Positions 1 to 12,111 of a DNA stretch of 64,000 nucleotides are shown piece after piece. Location: positions 97,635 through 161,634 of the forward strand of contig NIVC01002560.1 of assembly GCA_002269645.1 (NCBI GenBank), given 5' to 3'. The notes beneath the pieces were generated by a model. That model was not told the DNA's origin, ran no database searches, and saw only the letters and a list, made by a program, of their open reading frames with translations. This DNA comes from Macrostomum lignano (taxonomy: Eukaryota). How positions within the stretch are numbered: the stretch's first letter is position 1; each line of letters starts with the position of its first letter. The translations under genes and the position numbers were made by a program.

Positions 1-1004
1 ATCCCACCTAAGCAGCTGCATCCGAGTGCAGTGTAGCCGGCTTTGTGACCAGAGCGGGGCCAATAAGCCTGCTGATGCAATTTCTTGCAATGAACCGCGC
101 AGGCCCGCGAGTTTTGCAGTTTAAATTTCTGTTCAGGGACCGCAGATTCTGTCCAGGTGAGCCTGCAGAGTGCAGACAGCTGTAATATCAGTTCCACGGA
201 TTGTAGAGACATGCAATTCACTGTAAAGCTTAAACTAGCAGCCGACACTACTTTTATAGGTAGTAGTCTGTCTGGTGCGAAAAAAACGAATAAAGTAAAG
301 ACGCTATCAGATTCCTATTAAAAATATTGCTCAACATAAGATTGAGTTTCAGGTCCTTGATTCACGAAGGAACAAAACAAAAAGTTCGGCTAATGTGCGT
401 GAGTAGTCAAAACTTTAGGCTTATAAAATAAGAAACAATATGAAAACTAAAACAAAAACGGAGTAACATGCTGTGCATGCTAAATCAAAAGTGGTGTTAT
501 ATTCACTGCCAAAATCAAATGCAATAATCGGTTTTGTTTCCTCCTGTCTTATCGGTGTATTTTTCTCCAGGAAATTAGCCTCTAAAACTTACATATCTCT
601 GGGTTTTACGCCCTTTTATACTACTGTGTGGACCTTTTTAAGGCACCGGAAAAGCACCTTGAAAGCACTGGAAAAGCAACCAGGTGATGGGTAGTTTTTG
701 CACCTGAGCTCATTGAGACCGCAGTTTGGCTGACAAATCGCTAATGCATTTTCACTCAGAGATTCCAGACAACAGCCTGGTACTGATAAATAGGCATTGC
801 GGACACTGAGTTGATCAGTGACCAGATTGGTACGTATTCATGAAATTGCTGTCGAAACTGAGCCACAATTCAATCAGAATTTTCAGATAATTTTGCAAAA
901 CTGTCAAAGTCTACTGCTACCATTGCTCGTCAAAAAATGTTCCTACATAAAAATTGATTTTGGAGCTCACAACACAGCTTGCCTTCAACAAAGGCAGCGA
1001 CCTA

Positions 1005-1075
1005 GGGGGCCGTAGCCCAGCGGTAGCGCAGCTGCTCTGGTGTGCCAGCAACCCAGGCTCGATTCCAAGTGCAGT
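1005..1075 (+). mobile_element. tRNA-derived SINE head (tRNA-like pseudogene)
   Basis: GGGGCCGTAGCCCAGCGGTAG (A-box-like) ... GGCTCGATTCC (B-box-like) at tRNA spacing. No clean cloverleaf or acceptor stem; followed by unrelated body sequence. Confidence 0.45.
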
Positions 1076-1596
1076 AACGGCCTTGAGAGCCAACCCCCCA
1101 AGGCGCAGTGAAGTGTACATGCCTAACGATAATATAAAGTTAGGGCCGCTGTACACTCCTGTGTGAGTGTGTGCCTGCGTACGTATCCGCGCGCTTGAAT
1201 GCCTGCTCAGGGGAGTCGGCGGAATGGGCAGTAATGCCTCTCGCCGGTTGTGTGTCTATGTCGCTTAAAGTGCGCCAGGGTGCACACAACCCCCCTGCCT
1301 CTAATAAAAAAAGGCAGCGACCTTCTCCCGAACAAGACAGCTCGATCAAAGGGGGCCTGCATGGGGTCTGCAGGAATTTTTTTCTTGTAGAAATTCTTAT
1401 CCTCCTGCAGGCTGAGCATTTTGGAATTATCCCAACCCATATTCGGCGGCCGCGAACGGCAGGGGTTCGAATCCTTTTGGCGCTCTTTAACATCCGAGTT
1501 ATGAAGGCCTTGGCACACTGTTTCTTCCGCATATTTTTTTCGTGACTTTGTTGTTGAATATTTGACGGCTATAGAGGTGAAGCAACAACGACACTT

Positions 1597-1747
1597 GGCG
1601 CCAGCATCAAGAGGCGCCAGCATCAAGAGGCGCCAGCATCAAGAGGCGCCAGTATCAAGAGGCGCCAGCATTAAGAGGACCCAGCATTAAGAGGCGCCAG
1701 CATTAAGAGGCGCCAGTATTAAGAGGCGCCAGCATTAAGGGGCGCCA
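1597..1747. repeat. 16-bp minisatellite (GGCGCCAGCATCAAGA), about 9 copies
   Basis: Tandem copies read directly, with C>T variants. Confidence 0.9.
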
Positions 1748-1849
1748 AAGCAGTTGTTGGTCACCTACTAAAATGTAAACGGAAGCCCCAAACCTGTGCA
1801 AGGATCGCCATCATTTTCCCCAGCTCAGTTCGCCACGCCCCTGTCCTCC

Positions 1850-2105
1850 ATCACCATGACATTGCGACTTACCATCGCCATGACATTGCGACTTACCATC
1901 GCCATGACATTGCGACTTACCATCGCCATGACATTGCGACTTACCATCGCCATGACATTGCGACTTACCATCGCCATGACATTGCGACTTACCATCGCCA
2001 TGACATTGCGACTTACCATCGCCATGACATTGCGACTTACCATCGCCATGACATTGCGACTTACCATCGCCATGACATTGCGACTTACCATCGCCATGAC
2101 ATTGC
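1850..2105. repeat. 24-bp minisatellite (CATCGCCATGACATTGCGACTTAC), about 10 near-perfect copies
   Basis: Read directly; explains the MTLRLTIA / NVMAMVSR repeat ORFs. Confidence 0.95.
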
Positions 2106-2369
2106 CATTACCTTGAAATCTTATTTTATTAACTTCCAAGCAAAATGTGGCTTTTCAAGAACGTTGAAGAGCTCACTACTAAATCTAGAATTTCTGTGCT
2201 TTATTATATTCTATATTTCCAAAGCTGCTTGAGTATGTTTGGGGCGAGAGAAATGGATCGTTGGGGATTGAGTACAATTTGCATGCACAGTTGGCTAAGC
2301 GGCATCTCGGGAAGCATATGCACCTGTAGATTTGTATTTGTGTCTCGCATCAGGTCAAGTCGGCAGCTC

Positions 2370-5300
2370 CTACTGCCTGCAGCTGATGGCGGCCAGAGCG
2401 GCAGCTGGAAGCAGCAGCAGCAGCCAGGAGAGGCCGCGCAGGCGCTCACCGGAGTTGCACAGGTTTCCGTCGCAGCAGTACGGAACGTTGCCGAACGAGT
2501 CCGAGGCCTGACTGCACGAGGGAAGGCACGAACGGATGGCCAAACCGGGGTACACGGTCTTCTGCAATTGGAGTTTTGCGTCACGAGTGCAGCTGTTAAT
2601 TAATGTGGAAATTCTGCTTATCAGAGCTGATCAAACAGGGAACGATGACTCACTGCGCAGTAGTTGCAGCCGCTCACTGTGGTCAATTCGCTGCTCATGA
2701 AACTCACTCTGCACCCCGTGCAGGTGTAGCAGCTGATGGCCTCGGCGGTCAGCATGGAGGCTGGGGGATTAAAATGGTCAGCGCATCCGCACCTGTCCGA
2801 ATAGTGCTTGCATCGCAGAATATTTGTTTTAGTAATCCACATGCATTCTACCAAGGCACTATATAAGCTACAAAGCTCTTACAGGCTACGCTACATAAGA
2901 TTAGTACTAAGCTACAAAGGTCTTACTGGCTACACTCACAAGATTTGGATTGAAGAGTAAAGGTTTTGCTTATTTCATTGTACGTCTGTACTATTACTCA
3001 TCATTTGCCTATTTTACCTGCCCCCCTCCGCGCCTCACGCCACCTTTCCCCCATTCTGATTGGTTAACGTACGAGTGCATAGTAATTCATGCACATTTAC
3101 AACCCTCGCTAAAGCCTATGTCAACCCCGCCTTCTACTTACTAAATTGAGAATAAGTATACCTAGCAAGACGAGACTGCACGTGCCCCTTTGATTTTGTT
3201 GTCTGCTACTGTAGAGTGTTCTACCTCCCACAAAAGTAGAATAGAAATTATAGAATACTACTATAAGTAAGCTAATGCAGGCATGCGCACCTAAAAGATA
3301 ATTCGTGTTACTAATTTTAGCAACCTATCAATCATGCGTGACCTACAATTGTCAAGTTAAACCCCATCTGCGATTCATCATTGGCGTGAACTCAGATGAA
3401 CCCATCATCAAAGTATTGATGGGTTTCGACCTTCGGGCTCCTTGTTAGGGAAGCCTTCGGGCCTCAGGCTCAGAAATAAATCAATTAGAGACCTGGCCCC
3501 CCACTCCTGTCAGATGGTCAGCCCCATGGTAGCTTGATCGTGTGGCGAGCAGTCTAGGTCCTATAGCTAAGAGAGGGACAGCGAGAGACGAGCAGGGAGA
3601 ATTTTGAAAGTAGAAATTAGCTAATCCGCAGATCAACTAACTTGCTGCCACCAGCCCGTGCGCCCTGGCTCACCACACCGGGACTCTCGAAATCGGGCTT
3701 CCGACTAGAAGGGGCTTTGCACTTACCTGCCAACTAGTGTCTTTTTGCTGTCAATCTCGAAGTCATAGCCGATGATAAGGGACACTGCTGGGACTAGATC
3801 GCGTTGGCCATGCAGGTACAGAGGGGACTTGTGCAGGGGATTCTTGCGGTGGCGAGTCTATGGGGTAGCTACATGTACTATTACATTGCTAAATACGAAG
3901 ATATGTACTTTTGGCCTTCAACGCGCCAACTAGCCTCTCATAGCGCTGATGATAGACTAACTCGAACTTCAGAGACCGCATGATTCATTTACCCGAGCCG
4001 CTTGGCTACCCTTGAGTGCACAAAGTACATCTCTGGCGCCGATTCTGCACTTCTGGCAGTTTTGCTCACTGATTTGTTAGATTGGTCAACTGAGAACTGC
4101 CTTGCCATTGGTCCACTGTGACCGGCGCCTACTAGCTTAGCTACTCATCTGAGCCATCGGCGAACAAAGAAATAAAACCGACAAAGATAACTGTTAGATT
4201 TAACCTTCCCCTTAATTCACTTCACACTTTAGATTGAATTGGAGTCTTAGACTACTAGCAGTATTATTGAATGATTCCTGCCTCAGCAACAGCACTACTG
4301 AACAAAATGAGCAAAAGTGTGCGCCTAATTCAGCTACTGCAACAGGGGACAGAAAAGGGATCACCCAATCAAGCAAGTCTAGGTAGCCTCTCACCCAACC
4401 AATCAGAAACTCAACAGCCGGAGACCAGGTATTCCACAGTGACCGAATCGGCTCGATGCTCTGCAGCTGTAGACTCGGGATGATGCTGTCACAATCTTCG
4501 CTGTTAGCTAGCAGGTGATGCTCTTAACTGGATGTTCGCTGCTGTCGACCGGGGGACTCGTCCTTGATGATGATGGGGGAAGTTGCAATCCGGGATCAAG
4601 AAACGACGGTCGTGCTCCGGGAACCAGAAGTTGCGCGCTGGGCCCGAGCCAAAGTAAGAAGAAGTAGCGTCCGAGCGGGCCAAAAACTCCGGTTTAAATA
4701 GCCGCCAACTGGACCGCAGTTTGTTATAACGGAACACGTCGATTCTGATTGGCTGAGCCGTTTTGTTAAAATTAGCGCCGAATTTTCTGATTGGCTAAGC
4801 TCGTTGCTACCCAGAATCACGTGACCGAGAGATCCTATCAGTTCCCACAGGGTCGTAAAAAGATGACAGGTGCGGCCATAAATCACTCAAAATCGCAACA
4901 AAATGATTTATCACTTTTCGCGTAGGATTGACAGAAATTAATGAAAAAAATATACATTAGAAAGCTCTTATTAAATAGAAAGTGAAGATAATGAAGAGTA
5001 ATCGCTAATCGCTAATGCCAAGGTACTTTTAGGGGTAAAACGCATAGCTGTCAAAGCTGTCACACGCTTGAGTGAACACGAACAATAGGCTCTGACCTCA
5101 TAAATCTTGATGGCCTGTCAAAATGATGAGAAAAAAGCTACCGCCCGCATCCTCTCAGACCATCTGGCGCCCGCTTCAACACTGAGTGAGGCGCAGGTGG
5201 CTGTCAGATCAGCTTCGAAAGCGATGATTTATGACCCAAAAAGCTGCGCCTATGTTATTATGACTACTAGTATGGCCAGACATTATATCTAGTATAGATT

Positions 5301-6375
5301 CTATGAAAATTCGCAGAAAAAGGATAAAAATGCCCACTGCCCACTGTTAGTAGGCAAGTAAGTTTAGAGCCCATGTGCTAGCGCGGGATTTGGGAAAAAG
5401 TGCGTCCTCATCAGTATCTAAAAATAGCTCAGCTACGGTAATCAATCATGCGCGCTTACACTAGACTAGTTGCTTAACTTTCTACCCTGTCATGCTTGAC
5501 AGCAACCAAAGCGTGACCCTTTGACATTTACGAAAAAGGTGATGAACGACCTCACGAGGGGCCCGTTTCTCTATAAATACAAGCGGCCCAACGCGGCACC
5601 GGAGTTATTCTCCCCACGGAAGAGGAGCGCTCCGAAGAGGTTGTCTTTAGAAAGACATCCTAGTTAACCAGTCAATCGAGACTTGGTTCGGTTGTTGCGG
5701 TAAGCCTTTCTTATTTGCGCCAGTTGTTGTAAGAGACGTCTCGCTCAAGTTTATTGGGACTTGAGTCTGTTTAAGTCTGTTGAGACTTTTGAGTCTGTTG
5801 AGACTCCATTGGCAGTAGTCGCCCGACCGAAGGACTACCCTAGTAGATCTTAGAGGAGCTACTAGAGATATCCGGAGCATTACCTAGAGTGCATCGCGGC
5901 ACTGCTAGAAGAAGAAGGCTTAAGTGAAACCGCTATTTTGGCGCAGGGATCCCATTGTTGACACGAGGCCTCTGATTGGTCCTGACTGCAGATACCGGCC
6001 GGAAGTAACGTTAAGTGCAACTACAAAGGAACCAGGACCAGAGCAACAGAAGAATCAAGGCGCCTGAACTACTGATCCAACAAGACCAGTATCGAGAACA
6101 ACTGTTGCAGAGAACCACTGAAGAGATATCTCCAAGAAGTCAAGGTAAGAAGTACCTTTATTGATAACTGGGTTGCCTGGCTACAAAGCTAGAAGTGATT
6201 GTTCCTTGATTATCAAAAGGACTGATAACCAGGAACACATCACTACGATTGCCAATTGCGAGGCTAGCCGCCAAGTGCTGAAGTCTCGATTCTTTGGATT
6301 CTCTTATCAACAAGATTAGTACTAAGCTACAAAGGCCTCACCTCCGAACACAAGCAGCAGCAGGGCGATGCGCAT
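2370..6375 (-). CDS. Ly6/uPAR (three-finger, LU-domain) GPI-anchored protein, 110 aa, 3 exons
   Basis: Exons 6375-6342, 2760-2654 and 2561-2370 with GT/AG borders and matching phases (1, 0). Protein: signal peptide MRIALLLLVFGASMLTAEA, then ISCYTCTGC...GCNYCAK...RSCLPSC...YCCDGNLCNS (10 Cys, CCxxxxCN motif), then hydrophobic GPI signal LSWLLLLLPAAALAA. Confidence 0.9.
2940..6310. mobile_element. Probable decayed LTR-retroelement fragments filling Ly6 intron 1
   Basis: TATA-like CTATAAATAC near 5572, AATAAA near 3475, several CCAAT boxes (4390-4800) and short stop-riddled frames. No RT, integrase or paired LTRs recognised. Confidence 0.3.
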
Positions 6376-7019
6376 TTTGTGGCAGCAACGGCAAGCGGCG
6401 AAGATGGCTGTGCAATTGAAGGCTGTTTGGCCGGGTGTGCGGCTGCTGGCTGGGTGTGCGGCCCCTCAGCTCGGGGGTATAGTTATACACCACAAACGGT
6501 TGCTATGGAGCTGCAATCGGGGTGGCTGAGAGATTCAAGAGTTTGCTAGTCGGAGTTTGTGCAGAAGCGGGGGCTGGCGGCATTTTCTGCTATGCGTGCT
6601 TCGCCCCTATAGCTGGGCGTTCTGTTTTAAGAAAATTTTTACAGTCAATTGCGAATTACAGCTGGAGCTCGAGTTCATTCGGACTCGCCTACAGAATCTG
6701 CGGGTCTGCTGCGCTCCATCAACCAGAAACGAGGCCGTCTATATTGTGCTCACTCGACAATTAAAAATAAAAATATAAAAATGAATTTCACTATACGAGT
6801 ACTCTCGTAAATCTCGTAAAATTCTCTAGCTATAAAAGCCAAGGCGAAGCTCCTGCTTATTTTGATGTTCGTTCAAAAGGGTTCGTTGGATTCGGAAAGA
6901 TTTATTTCACTCTAGTGTTGCAAATCTGCACAGCAAACGTGCGCTACGCCGAGCCCTTAAGCCAGCCATTGCGCTCATTTTCCATTGTTCAGAGCCATCA
7001 TTTCGTGAGAAACTGTGCA

Positions 7020-7150
7020 GAAGGGATGAAGCAGAGGGAATGAAGCAGAGGGGATGAAGCAGAAGGGTGAACGTGAAGCAGAGCTGGGATGAAGCAGAGG
7101 GGATGAAGCAGCGAGAATGAAGCAGGAAGGTGAAGGAGAGGGAATGAAGC
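7020..7150. repeat. Degenerate purine-rich tandem repeat (GGGATGAAGCAGAG-like)
   Basis: Recurrent GAAGCAGAG/GGATGAAGC units. Confidence 0.7.
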
Positions 7151-9189
7151 TGGAGGGTAATGGAGAGAGGCCTATGGGATGAAGTATACGGAATGGAGAG
7201 AGTAAAGCGGGCAGAGAATGGAGGAGAAGAGGGTAGAGACAGATGGGAAAGCCCAAGCAAACCCGGAGGGTGCGAACGCAGACCGCGCCGCTGACCGAAT
7301 CCGGCGTCAGCCAGCAGGCAGTCAGGGAAACTGCAAGTTTGCGTTGTCCTCGCCTGGGTACAGCGACAGCAACAGCACCTGCACTGTACCGAAGTGTGTT
7401 CTCACCGAGGTGCAGACTCTCCTGAAAGAGCATCTAACTCAATGAAAGATAAAAATACACACCCACTCCAGCGCAGCCGTAAATTAGCGAACTGTCAGTG
7501 AAGCAGTGGACGCCCTGGCTGCGCCCCGCCGGTTCACACCTACACATGCAGCGGGGTTGCTGTCTCGACCAAGGGATGGTGGTCAGAAGCCTCTCATGAT
7601 GTTGAGAGCGGGAGACGGGCAAAAGGGGCTCCAGCACCAGGTGGACGTCGTTATTCGTCGATGTAATTTAAAAGCACGGGTTCGTCAGCAACGTGGGAAA
7701 GGTTGGCCACCGTCGGATTGCTGTGGGATTCAGCAGTTAGTTGAGATTCTGAGATCCGAATTACGAGCCTCACATGCGAGCCTCAAAAGTAGTGACTGCA
7801 TTTAAAATCGAGCCTGGACAGCAGGCACGCAATAGCGCTGTGCTCGACTAGTAGGCTACGACCTCAAGATTCGCCGCAACTTTACTCTTTGTGAGGCCTA
7901 AAAATCCGAAAAAGGAGTTGCCCAGAGAGCGATTAGCCCAGATTTGCCCAATTAAGCTACGTATAGAGCTCCGGAAGGGTGGATGAATCAGATCAATGAG
8001 CCGCCTCCATCTCAGACAGCAAGACCAGAGTCGCTCAACGAATCCGGCATGGCCAAGGCACATTGGGGAATAGCTGCCAGGACAATGGCGAGACAATAAA
8101 GCGAGTCGGAGCGCAGCACGGAACTGCATCGGGCAATCTCTATGGTCGACCGGTGAGGATTTTGGAAGGAGCCGCTGACGGCTCACTTTCTACATGAATT
8201 TCTAATCCTAATGCTGGCTTCCGACACACTGGGCGGCGACCGCACCAGTCAGACCCCAACACGCGTGCACACACTAGCGCTAGCGGCAACCCTCCTGGTG
8301 TCGGGCCAGCCTCGGGGGTTCTTTTGGTCTACTGCTGGGTCAGGTGAAGCGGCCGGGTGGGTACCGCACCTATTGCACCTTCGGGTAGCCCACCAACCTT
8401 TATCATGGCCTTCGAGCCGTCTGGCAACACACTGGGGGACCTCCCTGGGCGGCGCCAACCCTTCGTCCATAGCGGCCATTCAGGGATTAGCGGAATGGGC
8501 GTCCGCGCCTTCCCACTGCGTCTCCTTCGGGACAGCCCTGCAGCTGAGTCAAAGTAAAGTCATATACACGGATATGCAGTGGGTGCAGTGCAGTGTGTCT
8601 TGAAAACTCGTACAATTAAATTTAACACCCCGTCAACTGAATTACAATGCAAAAATGCATTGCAACTTCACCTGGTTGGTCTTTTCTAGCAAATATAGAT
8701 ATGGAAAATACGATTAATAAAAAAGTTCTGCCAAAAAAGCTTGATAATATCTGGAGATCAACATATGATATTTTATTATGAATAGACTAACAAAGAAAAA
8801 TCTGATAAAGCTGATAAAGAATAAACCAAGAAACCATATTGCTTCTATTCTATTAATTTACTGGCTTATGAAGCATTTGTATGTACATACGCTCGTATTA
8901 TATATAAATATGAATATAAATCTCATTTTTACAGAGGGCCTCCTTGCAAAAATCAAGGGTTAGTTGGTTTAGTGAGAAGATTCACGATTTGCAATCATTG
9001 TGAAAAGTGAGCAACAGTTGACAAATATTAAGAGCACCTGTGGTAAAATTCTGGGTTTTTTTGATTGACCATTTCTCTGGCCACTTAGACGAATTTGCAT
9101 AATTCTGCGTGCAATTGTAAGACAGTCTTGCCCGTCAAAGCAAACCCGGAGGGTGCCAATGCAGGCCGCGCCGCTGACCGAACGCGGCG

Positions 9190-10479
9190 TCAGCCAGCAC
9201 ACAGTCGACAAACGTCGAGTTCGCGCTTGTTCTCGCCACCTGGAGTCGCCGGCGGCACAACAGGTCGCTTTGATGGACCAGGGCCGGCGCGGTGATGCAG
9301 TGCCGCGTCGGTGACTCGTTCGTCGTTGATTTGGAAGTTGGCGTGCAGCTCAGGCGAGTCAATGTAAAAATTTATATACATAGCGAAATAGACATCCATG
9401 CATACTACTAATTCATGAAACTACGAGTAGTAATAGAATTCGAAAATTAAATTGCACATTAAAGCCGAAACAAAAAAACCAAACACGGCTATATAATACA
9501 AAAATCGACTAATTTTCGCTTCGCATACGATTGTACTGTACGAGTAATTCTCCAGCTGCATCTGCATATTGCAACAGTCCTCCATGAGAATCTTATGCTG
9601 GATTTTGTACGCGTCGAGCTCCGCAGTTAAATCTTTCAGCTTGCAATTGGCATTTCTGCGGACGTTTTAAGTATGGAGTTAATTTGGAGAGCATGCACTT
9701 GCTTGGTATATGATTGTGACTGGCATGTGTACATTACGGCTGGGGTGGGGTTGTGGCTAGCATGTGTACATTGCGGCTGGGGTGGGGTTGTGGCTAGCGT
9801 GTGTACATTTCTGCGGTTGGGGTGGGGTTGTGGCTAGCGTGTGTACATTGCGGCTGGGGCGGGGTTGTGGCTAGCGTGTGTACATTTCTGCGGTTGGGGT
9901 GGGGTTGTGGCTAGCGTGTGTACATTGTGGCTGGGGTGGGGTTGTGGCTAGCGTGTGTACATTGTGGCTGGGGTGAGGTTGTGGCTAGCGTGTGTACATT
10001 GTGGCTGGGAGGGGTTGTGGCTAGCGTGTGTACATTGTGGCTGACGTGAGGTTGTGGCTAGCGTGTGTACAGATCCCCAGTTGCTGTTCCGCCCTCCCAG
10101 ATCCTGTTTCTGGGCCAGCTCCCCAGATTCCGTTGCTGGGCCAGCCTCCCAGAGTGTCAGTTGTCCGAGAGTCACCATCTGACTGCAGAGGGCAGCAGGC
10201 CGCAGGCACAGAGGGGCAGCAAAAGTCGAATTGAGCTTCACCGCTCTTGCAGCAGTGGAACTCTAGCGAGCAGGGCGCTCCGGAGCTGCTGGCTAGCAAG
10301 TCCTGCCTGCAGGGCACTTTGCCGCCCTCAAATCGATCCTGGCCGCCAGCTTGCTGGCTTGCAACTACATGTAAGGCAGGAGTCGCAACCGCTGCGGCAG
10401 CTTCAACAGCGGACTCAACTAGGACAAAGTCGGACAGAGAACTGCCAAGACTGTCTGGCTGCTGACGCGGCTCCGACAT
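9190..10479 (-). CDS. Uncharacterised protein, about 196 aa (acidic/Ser-rich N-terminus, Cys-rich segment, short coiled coil); tentative 3-exon model
   Basis: Exon 10479-10176 (MSEPRQQPDSLGSSLSDFVLVES...; donor GTGACT, phase 1). Exon 9656-9529 (acceptor CCGCAG, phase matches; ENANCKLKDLTAELDAYKIQHKILMEDCCNMQMQLENY). Tentative last exon 9348-9190 has a weak GAG acceptor. No family recognised. Confidence 0.5.
9722..10068. repeat. 37-40-bp minisatellite (GTGTGTACATTGTGGCTGGGGTGGGGTTGTGGCTAGC)
   Basis: About 9 tandem copies in intron 1 of the 9190-10479 gene model. Confidence 0.9.
10069..10165 (+). repeat. Short degenerate array of the CCCAGATCCTCAGTTGCTGGGCC minisatellite family
   Basis: About 3 diverged copies, opposite orientation to the 10955-11932 array. 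Confidence 0.75.
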
Positions 10480-10954
10480 GTCAGAGTCGGTGTCAGACTG
10501 GACGCTAGATTGTAAACAGGTCATATATAATTAGTTCGTACTTAGAAGCCACGTGAGACTCAAACAGCCGACTAACATGTATAATATATAAAATATTTTT
10601 AAACGCTAAAAAAATAACTCAGGAACGGGCTAAAACTTGTGTCCAAAGTCAATGCAAAAAATAACAGATATATTTCTCATCAAGCAAGAAATAAAGTTCA
10701 AAAACTGTCTACAGCAGTGGGCAGTCGGCAATGTGAATGCAGTTCCGGCAGCTTAGCATGGAACCCGGGGCGACACAGTGCAGCAAACTGCCTTCAGCCA
10801 GCCAAGCGCGCAAATGGAAGAGCAGACAAGGCAAAACAAAGACTAGCGAGTTAACTGCTGCGGCCGATGCAAGACACTGATTTTTTAAGCATGGGCATGC
10901 GTCTGCTTTGGCAGTGGTGTGTACAGAACGTTGATAGTAAGGGAAAATGGCCGC

Positions 10955-11932
10955 TCAGCAACTGGGGATCTGGGAGGCTGGCCCAGCAACTGAGGATCTG
11001 GGAGGCTGGCCTAGCAACTGAGGATCTGGGAGGCTGGCCCAGCAACTGAGGATCTGGGAGGCTGGCCCAGCAACTGACACTCTGGGAGGCTGGCCCAGCA
11101 ACTGATGATCTGAGAGGCTGGCCGTGCAACTGAGGATCTGGGAGGCTGGCCTAGCAACTGATGATCTGGGAGGCTGGCCGTGCAACTGAGGATCTGGGAG
11201 GCTGGCCTAGCAACTGAGGATCTGGGAGGCTGGCCAAGCAACGGAGGATTTGGGAGGCTGGCCCAGCAACTGAGGATCTGGGAGGCTGGCCTAGCAACTG
11301 AGGATCTGGGAGGCTGGCCCAGCAACGGAGGATTTGGGAGGCTGGCCCAGCAACTGAGGATCTGGGAGGCTGGCCCAGCAACTGAGGGTCTGGGAGGCTG
11401 GCCCAGCAACTGAGGATCTGGGAGGCTGGCCCAGCAACTGACACTCTGGCAGGCTGGCCCAGCAACTGAGGATCTGGGAGGGCAGACCAGCAGCTGAGGA
11501 TCTGGGTAGGTGGCCCAGCAACTGAGGATCTGGGAGGCTGGCCCAGCAACTGAGGGTCTGGGAGGGCAGATCAGCAGCTGAGGATCTGGGAGGGCAGATC
11601 AGCAGCTGAGGATCTGGGAGGGCAGATCAGCAGCTGAGGATCTGGGAGGGCAGATCAGCAGCTGAGGATCTGGGAGGGCAGATCAGCAGCTGAGGATCTG
11701 GGAGGGCAGATCAGCAGCTGAGGATCTGGGAGGGCAGATCAGCAGCTGAGGATCTGGAGGGCAGATCAGCAGCTGAGGATCTGGGAGGGCAGATCAGCAG
11801 CTGAGGATCTGGGAGGGCAGATCAGCAGCTGAGGATATGGGAGGGCAGATCAGCAGCTGAGGATCTGGGAGGGCAGATCAGCAGCTGAGGATCTGGGAGG
11901 GCAGATCAGCAGCTGAGGATCTGGGAGGGCAG
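10955..11932 (-). repeat. 28-bp minisatellite of the CCCAGATCCTCAGTTGCTGGGCC family, two sub-arrays
   Basis: Plus-strand units GCCCAGCAACTGAGGATCTGGGAGGCTG (about 10955-11560) and GATCAGCAGCTGAGGATCTGGGAGGGCA (about 11560-11932); lies downstream of the AAMP stop codon. Confidence 0.95.
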
Positions 11933-12111
11933 GGCCCATTTTCATTTCAAAGCACCGAAACCAGCAAGTTAATTAAGCGCTCAGGCCCGCATCGCACTGA
12001 GCACTGCTGATATTCCACAAAGATCAACAGCACAAAACTAGCAGAGTGAAAAATCACCAACAACAGAAAAATCCGCTAGCAAACGCAGGCCTCATAGCCG
12101 CACAGCAGGGC

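Noticed and set aside
1440-1480. Isolated GGTTCGAATCC B-box
   Set aside because: No A box or cloverleaf at a suitable distance.
1796-2139. MTLRLTIA / NVMAMVSR periodic ORFs
   Set aside because: 24-bp array downstream of the Ly6 stop; no supporting gene structure.
3405-3470. Hammerhead-like stem II + GAAA + stem III on the minus strand (a similar motif lies at 5615-5665 on the plus strand)
   Set aside because: CUGANGA core missing or mutated and no stem I pairing; too degenerate to call.
7600-8600. Possible LINE/gag remnants (CNRCGTH, DCPMQFRAALRLAL)
   Set aside because: Motifs incomplete (no full CCHC knuckle, no RT or endonuclease motif).
10851-11549. Overlapping LLGQPPRSS repeat ORFs (also 29915-30603)
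   Set aside because: Translations of the 28-31-bp minisatellite family.
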